NCBI GenBank assembly: GCA_043228905.1
Contig: JBHGNT010000002.1
Location: forward strand, 24,304,001-24,368,000
Reading direction: 5' to 3'
DNA: 64,000 nucleotides
DNA from: Azolla caroliniana
Taxonomy: Eukaryota > Plantae > Polypodiophyta
Shown here: in pieces, positions 34,050 to 46,160 of the stretch
Layout: each line of letters opens with the position of its first letter
Position numbering within the stretch: the stretch's first letter is position 1
Program-made: the position numbers and the translations under genes
The notes under the pieces: model-generated
Told to the model about the DNA's origin: nothing
The model's input: the letters and a program-made list of their open reading frames with translations, nothing else
Database searches by the model: none

Positions 34050-37000
34050 TGGGGCCGTCCACTTACGTCGCGGGTTCTCCGGCTTTGTCCTATCCGGCGG
34101 TGAATGGGTTAGGTGGCGTAGGGCCCATTTAAGGTTTAAGGCGGAACCCATTCACTTTTTATCGTAAAACTTCCCCGGCCAATGTGCCTAGTTGGAACGT
34201 ACCTTGTTCCGCTCCTATTATCTAGTATGGGCCTGTCCAGCGGAATCATAACTTCCCTGGCATATGGCCCATGCGGGTTTGGAAAACCAGTACCGCTCGA
34301 CCAACCACGAATTCCTTTTCCTGTGCGTTCCGATGTCGATCCACAAACGCTTTACGTCGTCGTTGTTCTTGCTCCAACACAGCCATGTTGTATACACATT
34401 TTTCGCCCAGTTTGAGTAGCTGGTGGAGCCGTACCTCCTCCGACTTGGCTTCCGATAGTCGGTCCCGTACCTGAATCCGTAAACTAGGTATCTGAAACTC
34501 TACCGGCATCACAGCCTCCAGCCCAAACGCTAGTTGAAACGGTGTTGACTGTATGCTTGTTTTGTACGCCCATAACGCACTTTGTAAGTTGGTATCCCAG
34601 TCCGTTCTATTTTCGTTGACGATTATCTTTAAGATGGTCTGCAATGTCTTGTTGGTGGATTCCACTAACCCATTCGCCTGTGGGTAATATGGCGTACTTT
34701 TCTTGTGGACTACGGTGTAATGATGCGTAAGTTCTCGAACGACCGTATTGAGAAAGTGGCTCCCTTAGTCACTGATAAGCTCAATCAGACAGCCGAACCG
34801 ACACCAGATGTGTTCATAAAGGAATCTCGTTGTAACGGCCGCCATATTCTCCCGTAGTGCCTTGGCTTCTACCCACTTGGTGCAGTAATCCGTGGCTACC
34901 AATATGTATTTATTGCCCGTACGAGCCACCGTCGGTGTGAAGGGGCCCACAAAATCCAATCCCCACTTTTGGAAGGGATCTAACGGTAATACGGGCTGGT
35001 GAGGCATCCTTGCGCCCTCCGTGGGCTGGCCCATCCGTTGACACAAATCGCACTTCCTGCAATACTCGTATGCATCCTTCTGTGTAGTCGGCCACCATAG
35101 GCCTGCTTGCCATATTTTCTAGGCTGTAACATCGCCCGCGTAATGGCCGTCTGTCGTACCGCAGTGAGCCTCCCATAAGATTGCTTCTTTCTCGTCTTGA
35201 CGTACCCCGCGTCGCCAAATGCCATCACTTCCTTTGTGATATAAAATTCCTTCTACCAGGCAGAAGTTACGGCTTCGGACGGCTAATCGTTTCTTCTCGT
35301 ACATGCGTAATTGTGGTGGAGGCAGTCCCGTAGTCAAAAAGTATGTCATTTCCATAAGCCACCGGTCCGGAAAGGTCGATTCTGTTCTTTCTGCTAGTGC
35401 TGCTACCCGCAGAATGTCGGCGTCCGAAAAGTCGTCGTCGTCTTTCTGTACTGTTTCTCCATTATCGAGTCTGCTCAAAAAATCTGCCACTGCGTGTTGC
35501 GTCCCCGGGCGGTGCTGAATTACAAAATCGAATTCTTGAAGCAACAGCATCCATCGCGCCAATTTCCCCGTCAGGGCTTGTTTCTCCACCAAATACAACA
35601 GTGCCGAATGATCCACGTGGAACGTGAATTTCCTCCCTAGTAAATAATGCCGAAATTTATTGATGTTATAGATCATCCCTAGCGCCTCCCACTCAGTTGT
35701 GGAATAGTTACGCTCTGTTGTTGATAATTTGCAGCTAGCGTAGTACACTGGCCGGTACCAATTTGGTTCAGTGAGCTGCATTAGCGCACTCCCTATGGCT
35801 ATGTCTGAGGCGTCTACGAACACGTGGAATGGCTTCGCCCAAACTGGTGGCTGTACGACGGGGTCCTGTGTGAGCATTATCTTAAGCGCCTCATAGGCCT
35901 TGTCCTCCGTTGCGGTCCATTGGAAAGGAGTCTGGTGCACAGCAGCATGTAACTGGGTGGCAAAGTCCGCCAAGTATCGTATCATCCGACTATGCCATCG
36001 TATTTGTCCTAAAAATCGGCTGAGAGATTTCGCGTTTGTCAGAGTTTTGGCTTGCGTAATCGCGGAGATCTTGTTCAGATCGACCGCTATTCCATCCTTG
36101 CTGACTATATGCCCTAGGAGGGTCCCGCTGGTCACGCCGAAGGCACATTTCGCGGGATTCAAGCTTAAGCGTGCGGTGCGGCAATGTTCCAGGCACAGTT
36201 GCAGATGCGTAAAATGGTCGATTGTTTTCCCATATACCGCAAAGTCGTCTAAAAAAACTTGCATGAACGCCAGAATATATTCCCCAAAGATCTCCGTAAT
36301 TGTCCGTTGAAATGTTGTCGCACCGTCTTTAGCCCGAACATCATGACGACTGCCACATAGACTCCCTAGTCCGTGACAAATGTCGTCTTCTCTTGGTCAT
36401 CGGGATGCATGCATACCTAGTTATACCCACTAAAGCCATCTAAAAACTGTACATCTCATGTCCGGCGACGACATCTAGTACGCTATCGGTGAATGGTAAC
36501 GGGAATGCGTTCGTAATGGTTACGGCGTTTAATTTTTGGTAATCCGTGCATACACGCATTTTGCCGTTTTTCTTTGAAACGACTACTATCGGACTTAACC
36601 ATGTGGCTTGTTTAACCGGCTGTATGAATCCCGCTTTTAGGAGTTTGTCAATTTCTTCTTTTACGCGGGATGCGTAGTTCGGGTTCATGCGGTAGCGGCG
36701 CTGCTGGACGGGTTTTGCGTCGGTTGCTAAATTGATCTTATGTTGATAGAACTTCGGATCTAACCCCTTCATGTCCTCGTGAGCCCAGGTGAACACATCT
36801 TTATATTTCTTGAGTAGTTTGATCATCGTGTCTCTCTGGTCCGGCCTTAATTTCTTTGCGATGGAGAGAAAACGGGGTTCTGACTCCATACCCACTTTTA
36901 CTTCTTCCAGGGCGGAGGCGGTGACTCGCCGTGAAATTTCCATTTCCCTCTCAAATGTTGCCCGTGCTCTGCTTAGTTCCAATATGGACTCCGGGTTTGG

Positions 37001-37780
37001 TTCGTAAGCCTCGTCGTGGAGAATAGTGGTCGTGGCATATTCTGCCGCGGTTGCGATGACGTCGATTTCGAACAAGGGAATGATCCGAGGGTGCTCGTCT
37101 AGGTATGCCTCTAATTCTGCATCCTCCACCCCGGCCAACATATTTATATCTTCTGCGTATAATGGTGTTATACCCTTGGATTGTGTCGCGCTTGCCTCCG
37201 TAGGTACGCGAACCTTAGTGTGTCCGTGTCGGAAACTGATACACTTGTGTTGCCAGCTCTGCTTGATGTTTGCTGCCCAAAGCCACGGTCTGCCCAACAG
37301 CACGGGGTATGCCCCTGGGGCGTCCAGGGCGAGGACTACCGCCGAGATTTCAAAGCGATGTCTGCCCACGATAATGCCTATCTTGCGTATCAATCCCAAT
37401 GGTCGTACTGAGCGGGTATCTGCCATACGGAGCCAGAATGGGCAAGCCTCCCATTCTGAAATGCCTAACTGCTCACATGTTTTCGTGCTAATCACATTAA
37501 CGCCCGAGCTGCCATCGATTACACATCCTAGGATTTCTTGTCCGTGTAATATCAATGTAATAGCCGAGTTGTGGTGATCCACTACAGGCGGTCCGTCGCT
37601 AACGTCTGTAAGATTCGTAGGGACGCTCACCCCGAGTATGCCCGTCACCCGTTCTTCCATGGTCTGGCGGAAGCGTGGGACTAACTGCAACAGCTTCTCC
37701 ATGGTTAATGTTATCTCGCAGCCCGCTAACGCTTGCCAAATGGGATCCGGGGCCGGTCCTTCATCCTCCACTCGCTCCAT
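34050..37780 (-). pseudogene. Gypsy pol: protease, RT, RNase H, integrase (stops/frameshifts)
   Basis: VIDGSSGVN and LLGRPWL (protease); WLSPIVVV and MQVFLDDFAVYG (RT); VFVDASD and RNYSTTE (RNase H); FQKWGLDFVGPF, ATDYCTKWVEA and VNGFRLKP (integrase). PR-RT-RH-INT order; Athila-like motifs. Confidence 0.93.
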
Positions 37781-38227
37781 CGTATTCGCGGACTACGGTC
37801 TACGGTCAGTCCTTCGACCTAGACCTCCAAGTGACTGTGAAACAACGAACGGTGGCGTCTGTGTGTAATACGTAGGCGAATGTTCCCCATAACCTAGCAA
37901 CGTATAAGGGAGGCGGCTACAACTGATTCACTCCTTAACAGTGGCTACACACTCACGTTGCTTACTTCTACACTCTCAGGTATTTACAGGCACGCAGTAG
38001 ATTAGCCGTAGCTATACACAGGTATCAGAGAAGATAGAATTCTATTACGATTCGCTCTTTTCATTCCAAAATTACACGCTACCTCTATCAGAGGTTTTCT
38101 ACCCTTTATATACGCAGGGTCTTTTAGCCGTTCACGCTTCTTGCGTGAACCGTTACATGTGTTACAATCTTATATTATTTCCTATTCCTACGCTCTTGTC
38201 CATCGGTTACTATTCCGGTGGACAACA

Positions 38228-40219
38228 CGCGAGACACCCGAACACCTTCAAATGCCTATAGGACACTTCCTTACCAGTCCACACGTTTTGCGGCGTGTTT
38301 CCATCCAAGGGCACTGAGGGTGATATGTTTATCACATACGTCGTTGTCGACAGTGCCTTAGCCCAAAACGTCTTGGGTAGTTTAGCATGTGCTAGCATAC
38401 TCTAGACCCTCTCCATTATGGTCTGGTTCATCCTCTCGGCTAGCCTGTTTAGTTTCGGCATCTTCGGCACAGTAAATTCGAGTCAGATTCCCTTCGAGCG
38501 GCAGTACTCCTCGAACTGCCCCCGGTATTCCCCTCCGTTGTTTGCTCGAACCGCCTTCAGCTTCCATCCGGTTTCTCTTTCCACTCTTGCGTGGAGCTCC
38601 TTGAAGACGGATAACACCTGATCCTTCGTCTTCAACGATGTGGCCCGTAGCCTCTTGTTGTGGTCATCTATGAACGTCATGAAGTACTGCGCTCCGGCAT
38701 GGGACTTCGTGTCCACTTGACACACATTGGTATGCACCAACTCCAATGGTGCATAACGTCTCATCAGTGACCTTGATTGGAAGGAGGTCCGGTTTTGTTT
38801 ACCGGCTAGGCAGTAAGTGCACCTCTCAAGACGCATGTTCCTCACCAGAATGAGGTTATCATCGGCAAGCCTCTTCATCCCCTTCACGCTCATGTGACAC
38901 AGTCTCTTGTGCCACAGCTCACCGGCAGTGTCGGAAGCCACGTTCACTTCTTTCGAGCATAACCGGGCATTCATAAGGTACAACGTGTTGACCTTCCGGG
39001 CCCGAGCCACTATCAGCCTCCCTTTGCTGAATTTCATGACTCCGTTTCGGATGCTACCCGTGTAGCCTTCATCATCTAGCCGACCGGCTGATATCAGGTT
39101 CAGTCGAACCTCCGGAACGTGTCGGACATCCTTCGACAACAACTTGCATCTGGTTGGTGTTGTCAACCACACGTCTCCTATGCCGACAATTCGGCATGTA
39201 CCTTCATTCCCCATCCGGACACAGCCGTGATCACCAGTTGTGTAGGATGAGAAGCATTTCCGGTCCGGGGTAAGGTGGAACGACGCTCCGGAATCGACAA
39301 CCCACGTTGTCTCGTCGCCGGCAAGGTTCAACTCACTCTCCTCGGTGATGAGCATCAACTCTTCTTCACTTGCCGCGATTGTCATCGTTCCCTTCCGGTC
39401 TGGTCCCCTCCAGTCCTTACCGTTCCGGTCCGGTGTCCGCTTCGAATCGGTACCATCGGTTTCCTTGTCTTTTCGAAAGTGCTGACAGTTCTTCTGGAAG
39501 TGTCCCGGCTTGTCGCAATAGAAGCAAGTAGGCCTCCCCCTTGACTTTGACCGTGTCCCCGACTTTTCCCAGTTCTAGGGACTATAGTTCCTTTGTCTTT
39601 CGCATTCCGATTCGGTAAGGAGCTCTTTGGAGTCGGAGCTCGTATCCTTGTCTTTCCGACGCGCCTCCTCATCTAGCAAGCTCGACTTCACTCTTGCTAG
39701 GGATAACCGTTTCCCTTCCGGCCCGGCGTTGCCCAAAGTGACAACCAACGTCTCCCAGCTATCTGGGAGGGAACCGAGCAGGAGTAGGGCTAGTACCTCA
39801 TCGGCGAGAGGTACTTCCAATGATGTTGCCTGGTAGATCAGCCCCTGGAAGGCATTCATGTGCTCCGCCATGCTGGAGCCATCTTGGTACCAGAGTCTTA
39901 CTAGCTTCCGAAATACTGAAACCTGATTAACAACATTTTTGTTCTTAAACATAATGTCGATCTTCTCCCAGAGATCATGAGCCTTGCTCTCTTCATTGAA
40001 GTTGTTGTATAGACTCATGTCGATGAAGCACCATATGTACGTTGTTGTCTTCATGTGCATCACCTCCCATATCGTGGCATCGATTTTGTCCGGTCTCTTG
40101 TCCCCGAACTGAACCAGCAACCAAAGATCTTTAACCACGAGCATGTCCCTCATCTTCGACTTCCACACTGAGTAGTTGGAGCCGGTGAGCTTGAACATGC
40201 CTCCCAATGAATCGTCCAT
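38228..40219 (-). pseudogene. Copia gag, zinc knuckle, protease, GAG-pre-integrase and integrase core
   Basis: MFKLTGSNYSVWK, LLLLGSLPDSWET, CFYCDKPGHFQKNC, WVVDSGASFH, LWHKRLCHMS, NGGEY. Confidence 0.92.
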
Positions 40220-40531
40220 TTTTTTGTGTCGTTTCGCTCTGATACCAATTTGACGAGAAATATGCGGAATAATCTTCGGCCACAACCGAAGCGTAGATCA
40301 CTTGATGACAATCAAACACAGAAGAAATGGGAATGGAGGTAAGTACACAACCAGAAAGAGAATACACAGGATGTTAACGTGGAAAACCCTGAGAGGGAAA
40401 AACCACGGGAGTCCATAGACTCCAAACTATCACTATGTCAAAGAGTACAACGGGGAGCATAGAGGCAACGACCTCTTGCTCACAATCTTCGCTTGGCGGC
40501 GGTTACAACAAAGACATGCTCTGTATCGCTC

Positions 40532-40595
<64 letters not shown>

Positions 40596-42695
40596 GTCGT
40601 TACGCAAATTACCTTATACGAAGATAACAACAACAACTATATTCATTACATTGTTTGCCCTAGGTCACATTTATACTAATATGACATTAGGACTATTTAC
40701 AGATATAGCCCCAATGGGCTCTCAGAAACATATCTACATATATGTCCCTTCATCCGGTGAGAGGTTCTCATCGGGCCTGCAACATCCGATTCTCACCGGG
40801 TCTTCCTTGCCGGGTACTCGTCATCCGGTTCTCACCGGGTCTGCATCATCCGGTTCTCACCTGGTCTTCCTTGCCGGGTACTCGTCATCCGGTTCTCACC
40901 GGGTCTGCATCATCCGGTTCTCACCTGGTCTTCCTTGCCGGGTACTCGTCATCCGGTTCTCACCGGGTCTTCCGTTGCCAGGTACTCCACATCCGGTTCT
41001 CACCGGGTCTTCCGATGCCGGGCCTTCGTATCCCATCCGGAGGGACCGAGATCCTAACATTTTTTACACTTCTTTGTATTTATTTAGCCAAATTTCTTTG
41101 CACACACATATAATTTGTATAATGGCAAATCATTGAAGGGTACATATTTTCATTAGCTTGAGAATTCAAAATTCAAGTTTCACAAATTTCATAGACAATG
41201 TGGTGAACAAAAAGAAAATGTTTGGCAATGCCTACACAATAATGACATGTAAAATTATAGACCTTCCCAAACATTATAATAAATAAACAAATTCTTAGGG
41301 GCAACTCTAGTCAATGTATTATAAAGGGAAATTGCATCACAATATGTATGGCAAAGTGTTCCCTTCCTCTAATTGCTTGAATACAAATTCTTCGATTGGT
41401 GTCTAGTGTGTTCTTAAAAGTCAAGGAGGTCTTACATATTTAGGACATTATACATAATATCATTCTTCTTCTTCGGGAATATAGAACATTTGCGATTGAT
41501 CAACACATAGAATAAAAGTCTTCTTTTGAACACATTTAGCACAAACATGTGAGTAGGGGGGGAGGGGGTTGGATTGGATATTGGTCACTTTTGAAGAATT
41601 TGGGGAACTCTTAGCAATTTTTATCATTAACTTTTTTTGAACAAATAAACCAAGGAGTTGTAAGTAAGATGCTAAGATTCACAAAAAATAAGCTAAATAT
41701 TATAAAAAGTATTGGATCCAAAACCCATGTTATAATTCAACCAACCATTTATATTTGGTACATATATATAAATATCCTTTCTTTTTTTATATGTTACAAT
41801 GTTAATGAGACCTAAGGATTCAAAATGGCAAGGTCTATAAGGAAGCGAAATATTAACGTGGCACTCGTCCCAGTCCCACATGGACCTCCACGTAATCTTC
41901 CTTTGTTGCCATGAATAGGAGAGACATGCTAACAATTTTCTACCCAACCATTTAGTACTTGACTTTGCTTTAAGTTATCTACACGTTGATCCATCGAAGC
42001 CGTGTTAATGCCAAAATGCAACACATTGTAAGATAATTTGAGCGCCTCATTGTGTACTTACAAGCCTACAATATATCACGATAAGCTAAGATACAAGACC
42101 CAACTCTTCTTCGATGGAACCATAATACAGAGGTCCGAATCAATGGAGGTTAGGTACGTTGCACTTTGACACGGGGATTGATTTTCGATGTTCCCCTGCT
42201 GAACTTTGCTATCGTCTTACCACATGAAACCTTGAGAGAGCAAGGATCTCTATGATTTGCAGATGCAAGTGCTTCGTCGGGCATATTATGTACGTGCCGG
42301 GGCTACCTGTCGTCTGAAAGGATGTGGGCGAGGAGAACTGAAAGGCTTCCTGGCCGGACGGAACCCCAAGGGAACTCAGTTGGAGAAGCTAGAATGTGAA
42401 AGACGCCCAATGGGAGAGAGACTCTTGACGGTTGGGAAACATAGAAAAGAACCCGAATTCATGTGATTTGAAAGCCACCTGAAAAAACTGTTGACTTTGT
42501 TTTGGGAGGGGTGATGAGGGTATTGAGAAACAAAAACAGAGATACAGATACAGACAGAAAACAGAGGATAGGGTTTCTCCCTCTCTGACCTTGTAGATAT
42601 TCCATACCTCTCCATTCCTTGAAAAAGCTCTCCATTTCTAGTCTTCCTTCTCAGATTTTCTTCTTCTTTTCTTGTGATACAGAGAGTGTTGCATC

Positions 42696-45600
42696 ATGGG
42701 TCATGCTACTTCTCCCCATCGAAGCTTTAGTGTTGAAATGATACCTCTTGTCAACCCTAATCTCTTTCAGGTTTTGTTCTCTCACTAACCGATATGTACA
42801 CACGCATGCATATGATCAACATTGTTTTTTGTCAGATTCTGCATTTTGTACCCATTAAGAAGATTTCTATGTCAGACATTTTCTTGTACACAAAGTCGAT
42901 TTTTTTCCCCTAATATTTCTGTGTTTCCTGTCACATAAAAAAATAAATCTTTCTAGGATGATCAAATGTCTCCATCCTTTCCTCGCCATGCTTCTCCTGT
43001 GTATTCTAGAGCACCCTGTTCCCGAGAGATATGGACTTCGAAGAAGAAGGTGAGTTTACTTTTCATTTAATACGTATGTAAAGATCTTTTTCTTAGTGAA
43101 AAAACCTAAACATGCTATATGCACCAGGCACTGGGTTGACCATAATGGTGTAGGTTGTGAACAAAACCCACCAAAGTGATGGCGAAATATCCATATACTT
43201 CCTACAAATCCTGAAATGGTCCCTAATTAGGGCCATAGAAGTTCCCAAAAAATCTGATTTATGCAAAAGAACATTCTCAAGAGTGGAAGCGCCCAATGTA
43301 TGCTCCCAAATATAGAGAAAGCATGAAATCATATTTACATCTACAATTTCTTCACCATATCCACATCTCTCTATGTGTGGCAAGGGTAATCTTTTGAGAT
43401 TGTAGCGGTAGCCATTTATGTGAAACCCCAGCTAAGCACCTTGGAAAGGAAAATTTGGTCATTTTGGGTTAGTGAATTCTTCGACATTGTTCTTCTTAGC
43501 CAGTGTGCTTCCACCAAAAACCAAATTTCTTTGCATGAAAAAGACATAGGAAAATCTAGTCTCTAAGTAACTGGTGGTGCAAGACAAGAATCATAGCACT
43601 TTTGAAGAAGCTATGCAATGGATGTGTCATTTGATATGAGTACAGAAGTCATATGTATGAAAAATAATAATTCAGACTACTGCTTGTCATTTCAGTGTAT
43701 GACATATGCACATATTCTTCAATTTGCTTATGGTTACTGTAATAAACCCTTTAAGCATTACTGACTTTCCAGGAAGGAGAGCATCGAAGCCAATTCAATT
43801 CAAGTAAACGTAGTGAGGTTAAGGACCCTCTTACTTGGGGCAGTGCTGTAAACACGGTACGTGAAGAGGAAAATTTATTTATCAGAGATAATATCCCAAT
43901 GCTATCATTACCATCAAAAAGGGTTAATCAAATTTCTTTGCATCAAAAAGATATAGGAAAATCTAGTCTGTAAGAAACTGGTGGTGCAAGACAAGAATCA
44001 TAGCACTTTTGAAGAAGCTATGCAAGGGATGTGTCATTTGATATGAATACAGAAGTCATATGTATGAAAAATAATAATTCAGACTAATGCATGTCATTTC
44101 AGTGTATGACATATGCACGTATTCTTCAATTTGCTTATGGTTACTGTAACAAACCCTTTAAGCATTACTGACTTTCCAGGAAGGAGAGTATCGAAGCCAA
44201 TTCAATTCAAGTAAACGTAGTGAGGTTATGGACCCTCTTACTTGGGGCAGTGCTGTAAACATGGTACGTGAAGAGGAAAATTTATTTATCAGAGATAATA
44301 TCCCAATGCTTCCATTATCATCAAAAAGGGTTAATCAAAATTTTGTCACAAATGCTGATATCGACCATCTACGTAAAAAAGTTGAACAAATGGAACAGAA
44401 CTTGCAAAGGAAAGAATTTGAGTTACAAGCTGCAGAGACAAAAGCTCGACAAATCTCATGGCTGAATGCGAAGGTGGAGAGATTAGAAAGCCAAATTCAA
44501 GAGAAAGATGAGGCAGTTAGGAAACTTGAAGATCAATTATATGAGAGACAGGTATGAAAAATGTCTTCAAAAGAGGGTTTCAATGATCCAAATAGTTGTA
44601 ATATGAGTTTAGCATCATTCCATGCTTTCAAAGACCTATTTACTGGACCTAACACTAGACATTCATGCTTACAAATTAATAAGGCGAACAATGTTCAGTT
44701 TTGTATTTTCACGTACAAAATTATAATGCTACGTAACTAAGAAAAACGTTATCGCAAACAACTATACATGCAGTAATATATATGCATTTCGTTGAATACG
44801 AGGATCTGATATTATTTTGTTGGGTTATTGTCTATGCTTTTCACACATATATGATACCGCAGTGTAAGGTCGTGAGTTTGCAATCATCTATCAAAAAGGC
44901 AGAAGTAAACTTGCAAGCATCAAACATGAAGGCCGAAAGACTTGAAGAAGCGCTTACTGAGTTACTATGCCAAGTTGGAGATCTTGTTTCCATCGTACAA
45001 AGCAATTCGGCCAGTTCGGAAGATAACCAAGTAGTGCACATTCTTCCCATTAAAACTTAGGGGAAAACTCCCAAAAAATGCCCATCAAGTATTTCATTAT
45101 TTCCCCAAATGCCCCAGTTTCTTCGTTATATCCCTGGAATGTCCCTGGTCAATCCCCAAAAGAGAGAAAAAAGGGAATGAATTGGACCATATAATTGCTC
45201 AAATAGCACATCATCAGAACTGAGGGGAAAAAAAAATCAATCTTATAATAATTCAAATAGCACCTATAAGTGCTCAAGATAGGATTGAACATGGTCATTT
45301 GGGGAACTAATGAAATCTTAGGACAATTGAAGAAATAAACAAAATCTCTCTAGGGTACATTGGAGTTTTCCTGCTCAAACTTATGATGTGTTTTAAATAG
45401 TCTCTCTTGATTTCAGTATGGGTGGCATAATTGCTAACTGATTCCATTTGCATACTTAACCTTTAGTTGTTTTATTATCATGTTTAAAATGAGTAGTGCC
45501 ATTGGCCATTGAATGCAGACTGATGGGATGTCCTTTTTTCAACATGCCGAAGAAAAGCAGTTAGAGGTTATGAGGAAGAAATATTTGGAAGCTCTGATGG

Positions 45601-45752
45601 TGGCCAAACAAAATCCAACTGAAGAGACACTTTTGCTCGTCTCCAAATTAAGAGAAAAACTCCAATATATCGCAATGTGCCCAATGGTAGTGCCAGACAT
45701 AACGCAAGATTCTATAGTGAGGCAACCTTTCCAACTTCCTCCTCTTTGCTAG
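42696..45752 (+). CDS. MPB2C: MICROTUBULE BINDING PROTEIN 2C / movement-protein-binding protein 2C-like coiled-coil protein (5 exons)
   Basis: Exons 42696-42770 (..VEMIPLV..), 42957-43049 (SFPRHASPVYSRAP), 44180-44551 and 44863-45030 (coiled coil), 45519-45752 (LEVMRKKYLEALMVAKQNPTEETLLLVSKLREKLQ). All junctions GT-AG and phase 0. Motifs parallel the remembered MPB2C VEMVPL, SFKRRGSMIYT and YVAAV..AKE..DEESL segments. Confidence 0.72.
43523..44340 (+). repeat. 407-bp tandem duplication covering the intron 2 3' end and the first part of exon 3 of the MPB2C-like gene
   Basis: AAATTTCTTTGCAT.AAAAAGA.ATAGGAAAATCTAGT at ~43523 and ~43930. Duplicate acceptors TTTCCAG|GAAGGAGAG at 43773 and 44180. 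Confidence 0.93.
45060..45374. mobile_element. Mutator-like MITE in MPB2C intron 4
   Basis: Imperfect TIRs GGGGAAAACTCCCA / TTGGAGTTTTCCTGC. 9-bp TSD TAAAACTTA/TCAAACTTA. Confidence 0.55.
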
Positions 45753-46052
45753 ATGTTTATCCATTTCATATACAGAGGTCCGTGTCAACATGAAACTTTG
45801 GGATCTAATTGGGGTATAATGTTCTCTAGAATCTCTGCAGGGTGAAAAAGCCTTATCCATTTCATACATAGAAATATTTATATGAAGATGGATATGTGGG
45901 TCTCTTTGTAGTGTTATTTTCTCTAGATGTTACGCAGGAAGAGACAAAAGCTTTATACATTTCATGCACGAAGGCTATGGTCAACATGAAATTTTGGGTC
46001 TCTAAGTTCTAGCATAATGTTTCCTAGAAGTTACATGATGAGAAAGCTTAAT

Positions 46053-46117
46053 GTGTATATATATATACATATATGCATACATACATACATACATATGTAT
46101 GTATGTAAATGTATATA

Positions 46118-46157
<40 letters not shown>
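46053..46157. repeat. TA/TACA compound microsatellite
   Basis: Directly visible. Confidence 0.9.

Positions 46158-46160
<3 letters not shown>

Larger units (their letters stand above)
24945..38227 (-). mobile_element. Ty3/Gypsy non-chromovirus (Athila-like) element with gag/PBS deleted and a long extra 3' ORF
   Basis: LTRs 24945-25391 (complete) and ~37795-38227 (inner ~17 bp missing). TSD CGCGA (24940-24944, 38228-38232). TATATAAAGGG on the minus strand of the LTR. pol on the minus strand. Confidence 0.92.
21868..41059 (-). mobile_element. Ty1/Copia element (Tork/Tnt1-like), outermost member of a nested cluster
   Basis: LTRs 21868-22558 (3') and 40251-41059 (5'), both TGACGAG..CCTAACA on plus. 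TSD TTTTT. PBS-Met at 40236-40247 (minus). PPT GGAGTGAAGGGGGAG adjacent to 22559. gag 39575-40219, protease/integrase 38228-39385 and 24553-24944, RT 23703-24501, RT/RNase H 22569-23367. Confidence 0.95.
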
